A stretch of 64,000 nucleotides of DNA from Paraphysomonas bandaiensis (lineage: Eukaryota > Protista > Chrysophyceae). The notes under the pieces were generated by a model. The model was not told the origin of the DNA. It was given only the letters and a program-made list of their open reading frames with translations, and searched no databases. The stretch spans positions 62,001 to 126,000 of the forward strand of contig CBFFRP010000138.1 in NCBI GenBank assembly GCA_965644295.1, written 5' to 3'. Shown here piece after piece: positions 63,922-64,000 of the stretch (positions are counted from its first letter, which is position 1; each line of letters starts with the position of its first letter). Position numbers and translations under genes: made by a program.

Positions 63922-64000
63922 ATGTATATGAGCCTCACACACCCTCAGCGTATTATCAGTGTTGACATGTCGAGTATAGCTGATCTTAATGATGATGTTC
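63922..64000 (+). CDS. F-box + ankyrin-like repeat gene, copy D (5' end only; runs off the window)
   Basis: MYMSLTHPQRIISVDMSSIADLNDDV is identical to the start of copy A. Confidence 0.75.
   Translation, partial: MYMSLTHPQRIISVDMSSIADLNDDV

Noticed and set aside
43780-64000. Endogenous giant-virus insertion as the source of the F-box/ankyrin genes
   Set aside because: There are no viral hallmark genes (capsid, polB, packaging ATPase) in the window, and the neighbours are intron-containing host genes. An ancient viral origin of the family cannot be excluded without a phylogeny.

Overview
This is eukaryotic nuclear DNA, AT-rich with many short (~45-65 bp) GT-AG introns. It is probably from a stramenopile or similar protist; this is inferred from gene style and a CryptonS-like relic. 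Housekeeping genes recognised: DUF885 protein, CacyBP/SIP, SpoU/TrmH methyltransferase, RPS21, GatA, a secreted/ER ankyrin protein, Rab7, eIF3L, GST, a BSD-domain protein, RPC40/POLR1C, a PNUTS-like CCCH/LOTUS protein and REEP/Yop1. Two dynamic accessory regions interrupt them. (1) A ~10 kb palindrome (18.6-28.5 kb) carries two head-to-head, apparently intact copies of a DDX60-like Ski2 RNA helicase, which differ mainly by clustered amino-acid-changing substitutions and in-frame indels. (2) A transposon-rich region (39-64 kb) holds two oppositely oriented tandem arrays of intronless F-box + 29-aa ankyrin-like repeat genes, whose repeats vary at fixed positions and are shuffled between paralogs. 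The same region contains hAT, pogo, MULE, Harbinger-type MITE and Crypton relics, and a 3.7 kb foldback element with 1.2 kb TIRs and a 6-bp TSD. The best candidate for an undescribed system is a recombination-diversified F-box/repeat receptor family, possibly working in protist defence alongside the duplicated DDX60-like helicase. Exon boundaries were read by eye and no database searches were run.
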